NCBI GenBank assembly: GCA_023246275.1
Contig: JAHFIS010000001.1
Coordinates: 2,321-30,303, forward strand
Direction of reading: 5' to 3'
DNA from: Candidatus Uhrbacteria bacterium
GTDB lineage: Bacteria > Patescibacteriota > Patescibacteriia > UBA9934 > GWF2-40-263
Length of the DNA stretch: 27,983 bases
A model generated the notes under the pieces. That model saw only the letters and a list, made by a program, of their open reading frames with translations. It was not told where the DNA came from and made no database searches. The position numbers were made by a program, and so were the translations under genes. Shown here piece by piece: positions 24,933 through 27,983 of the stretch. The stretch's first letter is position 1, and every line of letters starts with the position of its first letter.

Positions 24933-25753
24933 CAGTCCTGGTCGACGAGCTTGCGCTCGAGCTCCTCCTCGAAGTCATCCGGGATGTCCCTGTGGAACAT
25001 GGTCTTTCGGCTGATCGGGCGGAGGTTTTCGAAGATGCGCTGGTGGAGGTCGCCAGGATGGTATCTGGTCTGGCGCGGGTCGTCGAGCGGGACGCGGAGC
25101 ATGCGGAGCGTCGGCCCGATGCCCGGGCTCTGCGCCCACTTGTCCCAGATCTTTCCAAGGATCTTCGCCCCGTTCTCCCTGATCGTCTCGCGGACGGAAG
25201 CCTTGGTCGACGAGTCGTCGAGCCATGGGTCGCGGACGGGCGGGATGAGCCCGAACGCGCGGCGAAACATCACGGCAGGATTCCATGATTCGCGAACGCG
25301 ACGCTCTTGCTCTCGCCTTGCCAGGTCGGCGCAGGCGAAGTCGGACTCGAAGAAGTTGCTGCCCCCGTACATGGGCACGGAAAAGTACGCCGTGTACCAC
25401 GCCCCGCGCATGGCGCCGAGGCGGGTCAATTCCATGTGCAGGTCGCGGACGAGGTCGTCCAGGTCGCTGCGCGACAGCCGCTCGTGGGCGACCGGGTCGT
25501 TCGGGAAGCAGGACACGTTCCATTGCGCGACGCGCTCGTCCCCGATGTCCCGAACTGCCTTTGCTCGGCCGGTTATGCCGATGATCGCGGGATATTCCAC
25601 GTTGTCCCTGTCCTTGAGCCAGGCGACGTTCGCCGGAAGCTGGTCCCGCTTCGGAACGCGCACTTCCCGCCGGGACCGTTCCCCGGCGAGCAGCGAGTTC
25701 ATGGACGTAATGGCCGTGATGACCTTCGGGCGCTGATCATTCGTTTCGTGCAT
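24932..25753 (-). CDS. Hypothetical cytoplasmic protein (273 aa)
   Basis: GGAGG SD 4 nt before the ATG, own terminator, high GC3, globular composition. No family recognised. Confidence 0.7.
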   Translation of the reverse strand: MHETNDQRPKVITAITSMNSLLAGERSRREVRVPKRDQLPANVAWLKDRDNVEYPAIIGITGRAKAVRDIGDERVAQWNVSCFPNDPVAHERLSRSDLDDLVRDLHMELTRLGAMRGAWYTAYFSVPMYGGSNFFESDFACADLARREQERRVRESWNPAVMFRRAFGLIPPVRDPWLDDSSTKASVRETIRENGAKILGKIWDKWAQSPGIGPTLRMLRVPLDDPRQTRYHPGDLHQRIFENLRPISRKTMFHRDIPDDFEEELERKLVDQD

Positions 25754-25804
25754 GGTGCCTCCGTGCGCAATTCATCAGAATTCGGACGTCCCGTCAAGGG
25801 AACC

Positions 25805-25833
25805 TTTACAAAAACCCTCGGTTGGCGTAGGAT
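25805..25833 (+). promoter_or_regulatory. sigma70 promoter for the kinase
   Basis: TTTACA(25805-25810)-17 bp-TAGGAT(25828-25833); AGGAGG SD at 25862-25867. Confidence 0.6.
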
Positions 25834-25875
25834 CAGCCACTGTTCTTTCACACTTTTTCCTAGGAGGAAACGACA

Positions 25876-27522
25876 TTGGCAGACATCACATCGCTCGCGA
25901 AGGGCCGGTACAAGATCGTTCAGCGTCTCGGGGAAGGCGGCATGGCCGAGGTGTTCCTCGCGCTCGACACGTTCCGCGACATCCCGGTCGCGATCAAGTG
26001 TCCCTTGGCGGACGTGCTTGAAAAGGACAGGAAGAACTTTCGGTTCATGCAGGAGGTCGCGATCCACGGCCGCGTCATCCACCCGAACGTCGTCGTCATG
26101 CTGGACGCGCGAACCGAGGTCCTGTCCGACGGGAGCCGCATGCCGTACATGGTCCTGGAGTACGCTCCGGGAATTAACGCATATGACTGTTCCGGGCGTC
26201 CGGAGGAAGGCGGGTTCGGTCCGCTTCCCCCCGGGGTTGCCGGGCGCATCATGCTTTCCGTGGTCGGGGCGCTCGCGGCGATGCACCGGCAGGGAATCTG
26301 CCACCGCGACGTCAAGCCGGCGAACATCATGGTCGGCTGGGACTGCGTGGGATACCGATCGACCGGCTGGGATCCCCATGCCGTCAAGCTGATGGACTTC
26401 GGGATCGCGTTCGACGCGGACGACGACGACCGCAGGACTACCGCCAAGGCGATCCTCGGCAGCAAGCTGTACATGTCGCCCGAGCAGGACGGCGACGCGA
26501 AGAACGCCGATCACCGGTCGGATATCTTCTCCGCCGGGGCGACGCTCTACGCGCTGCTTACCGGGCAGGATCCCGCCGTCGACATCGAGGTTCAGGCGAT
26601 CACGGAGGACACGTTCGCGCTCCTGTCGGAGCCATGGAGGACGATCGTGTTCGGCGCGACGCGGTACCGGCGCCACGAGCGCGCCTATCAGACCGCCGAG
26701 GAGCTCGGTTCCGCGATCGAGTCCGCGCTCCGCGACTGTCCGGACAGGCTCGGCCCGTTCGAGCACTGGCTCGCGCAGAAAAAAATCGCGTCGCCCGTGG
26801 AGGCCGCGCTGCGACGGGCTCGCGGAAAGGGACTGACGATCGTCGCGGAGGCCGAGGAACCGGCGTCGTCCCTGTCCGGGACCGGACACACGCGCTGGTT
26901 CGACGCGGACAACGTGGACCTTCCCGAGCCGGAGGAGGTACCCGTCGCCCCGTTGCCGAAGAGCCGCGTCCGTTACGCCATGGCGGCCGTCGCGTTTGCC
27001 GCCATGGCGTCGCTCGTCCTGATCACTGCCATGGGTGGAAACGGGGCGAAGGACGGGAATTCCGCGCAGCCGGACACTGTTGTCGCCGTCGTTCCCGCCG
27101 TACTGCCAACGCCAAGCGTTGGCAGTCAGGGTTCCGCGGCCGTCGCTCCCTCGCCGGCCGTCGACGCCGCGCCCCCCTTGCCGAGCTCGAAGCCCAGGCA
27201 TCCGACGGGACCCGCCATTCCCGTTGCGACGGTCGCCGCGCCCGTCGTCCCCGTTCCGGTACTCCCAGCTCCCGTCGTGGCCCCGGCCCCCGCGGCCGAT
27301 ACCGGTTCCGTGCACCTCGTGAAGGGCGCGTCCTCGATCGTCCTTGTCGGCGCGGACGGCGTGGCACATCCCGCCGGGCGCGTATCGGCCGGAACGTACC
27401 AGATCAAGGCTTCGTTTCGGCCGTCGTCCGACCCCGTGAACGCCGGAACCGTTACCGTCATCGCGGGACAGGACCTGTCCGTGTCCTGCAGCGAGCCGAT
27501 GGCGCTGTGCAACGCCCGCTAG
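25876..27522 (+). CDS. Hanks-type Ser/Thr protein kinase with one TM helix and an extracytoplasmic Pro-rich + beta domain
   Basis: LGEGGMAEVF, VAIK, HPNVV, HRDVKPANI, DFGIA, YMSPEQ, SDIFSAG; TM YAMAAVAFAAMASLVLITAM; TTG start after AGGAGG. Confidence 0.93.
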   Translation: MADITSLAKGRYKIVQRLGEGGMAEVFLALDTFRDIPVAIKCPLADVLEKDRKNFRFMQEVAIHGRVIHPNVVVMLDARTEVLSDGSRMPYMVLEYAPGINAYDCSGRPEEGGFGPLPPGVAGRIMLSVVGALAAMHRQGICHRDVKPANIMVGWDCVGYRSTGWDPHAVKLMDFGIAFDADDDDRRTTAKAILGSKLYMSPEQDGDAKNADHRSDIFSAGATLYALLTGQDPAVDIEVQAITEDTFALLSEPWRTIVFGATRYRRHERAYQTAEELGSAIESALRDCPDRLGPFEHWLAQKKIASPVEAALRRARGKGLTIVAEAEEPASSLSGTGHTRWFDADNVDLPEPEEVPVAPLPKSRVRYAMAAVAFAAMASLVLITAMGGNGAKDGNSAQPDTVVAVVPAVLPTPSVGSQGSAAVAPSPAVDAAPPLPSSKPRHPTGPAIPVATVAAPVVPVPVLPAPVVAPAPAADTGSVHLVKGASSIVLVGADGVAHPAGRVSAGTYQIKASFRPSSDPVNAGTVTVIAGQDLSVSCSEPMALCNAR

Positions 27523-27528
27523 TCTCTC

Positions 27529-27562
27529 CCGCCCGTCGCCCTGAGCGACCGGGCGGATTTTT
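27529..27562 (+). terminator. Intrinsic terminator after the kinase
   Basis: CCGCCC-GTCGC / GCGAC-C-GGGCGG stem followed by ATTTTT. Confidence 0.7.
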
Positions 27563-27570
27563 GTTATACT
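27562..27570 (+). promoter_or_regulatory. Extended -10 promoter for the last gene
   Basis: TG-T-TATACT about 30 nt upstream of ATG 27601. Confidence 0.5.
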
Positions 27571-27600
27571 GAAGAGATCAATGGGAAGGATTCTTATCGT

Positions 27601-27983
27601 ATGGGAAAAATACTGACGGGCGGGTTGGAATCGATCGCGCGCTGGCTGGCGTACGCGCTGATTTTTTTGCTTCCGATCACGATGATCCCTTCCGCGCTTG
27701 ATCCGCTCGAGGCTCAGAAACAGACGGTCCTCGTCGTTCTGACCCTCTCGGCATTCCTAGCGTGGGCATGCTCGATGGTCTCGCGCCGTAGCTTTGCGAT
27801 TCGGACCGGATGGATTCACGCGGTTCCTCTTCTTGTGCTCGGCGCGACGGTCGCGTCGGCCGCCGCGTCGTCGGCTCCGTTTCTCTCATGGGTCGGCGGG
27901 TCGGGACAGGAATACATGAGCGCGCTGACGGTCTTCGCGCTGACGGTTCTGTATTATGTCGTCGTGAACGTTCTCGGCACGGA
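27601..27983 (+). CDS. Polytopic membrane protein, 5' part only (resembles O-antigen-ligase-like/TPR proteins common in CPR)
   Basis: Absent from the ORF track because it runs off the window. Hand translation: MGKILTGGLESIARWLAYALIFLLPITMIPSALDPLEAQKQTVLVVLTLSAFLAW...SWVGGSGQEYMSALTVFALTVLYYVVVNVLGT; about four hydrophobic helices. Confidence 0.7.
   Translation, partial: MGKILTGGLESIARWLAYALIFLLPITMIPSALDPLEAQKQTVLVVLTLSAFLAWACSMVSRRSFAIRTGWIHAVPLLVLGATVASAAASSAPFLSWVGGSGQEYMSALTVFALTVLYYVVVNVLGT

Noticed and set aside
43-27889. Dozens of long alternative-frame ORFs (e.g. 43..1359, 623..1642, 1680..2690, 2835..4790, 2951..4243, 5081..6376, 13950..15068, 25699..27369)
   Set aside because: They overlap better-supported genes, are Arg/Gly/Pro-rich without motifs, and are expected shadows of high-GC3 coding DNA.

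Overview
GC-rich bacterial chromosomal window. Its gene style (leaderless or SD-less core genes, RmuC, a fused ABC half-transporter, characteristic secreted proteins) suggests Patescibacteria/CPR, possibly an ABY1/Uhrbacteria-like lineage; this placement is inference. Left arm: holA, an SPFH protein, an ABC transporter, a CotH-like kinase lipoprotein, rpsT, a KamA-family radical SAM enzyme and rmuC, mostly on the minus strand. Centre: tRNA-Arg(CCT), tRNA-Ala(CGC) and an AT-rich ORF-poor stretch with two parS-like palindromes, a cluster of DnaA-box-like 9-mers and a very AT-rich patch, so a candidate replication-origin region with no dnaA in view. Right arm: a tightly coupled four-gene, 12.5 kb surface operon (WxL/pilin-like secreted protein, DUF916-like anchored protein, 1105-aa FN3 membrane protein, and a 2457-aa phage-fibre-like adhesin with two tandem peptidase-G2-like autocleavage domains). 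It is followed by a block of Myxococcota-style genes (Asp/Cys-repeat lipoprotein, helical secreted protein, ORFan, Hanks-type Ser/Thr kinase) and the start of a polytopic membrane protein. No CRISPR array, integrase, transposase or reverse transcriptase was seen. Best candidates for new biology: the surface fibre operon, the origin/parS region next to it, and the apparently foreign kinase and lipoprotein genes as a possible host signature. All family assignments are from motif recognition, not database searches.
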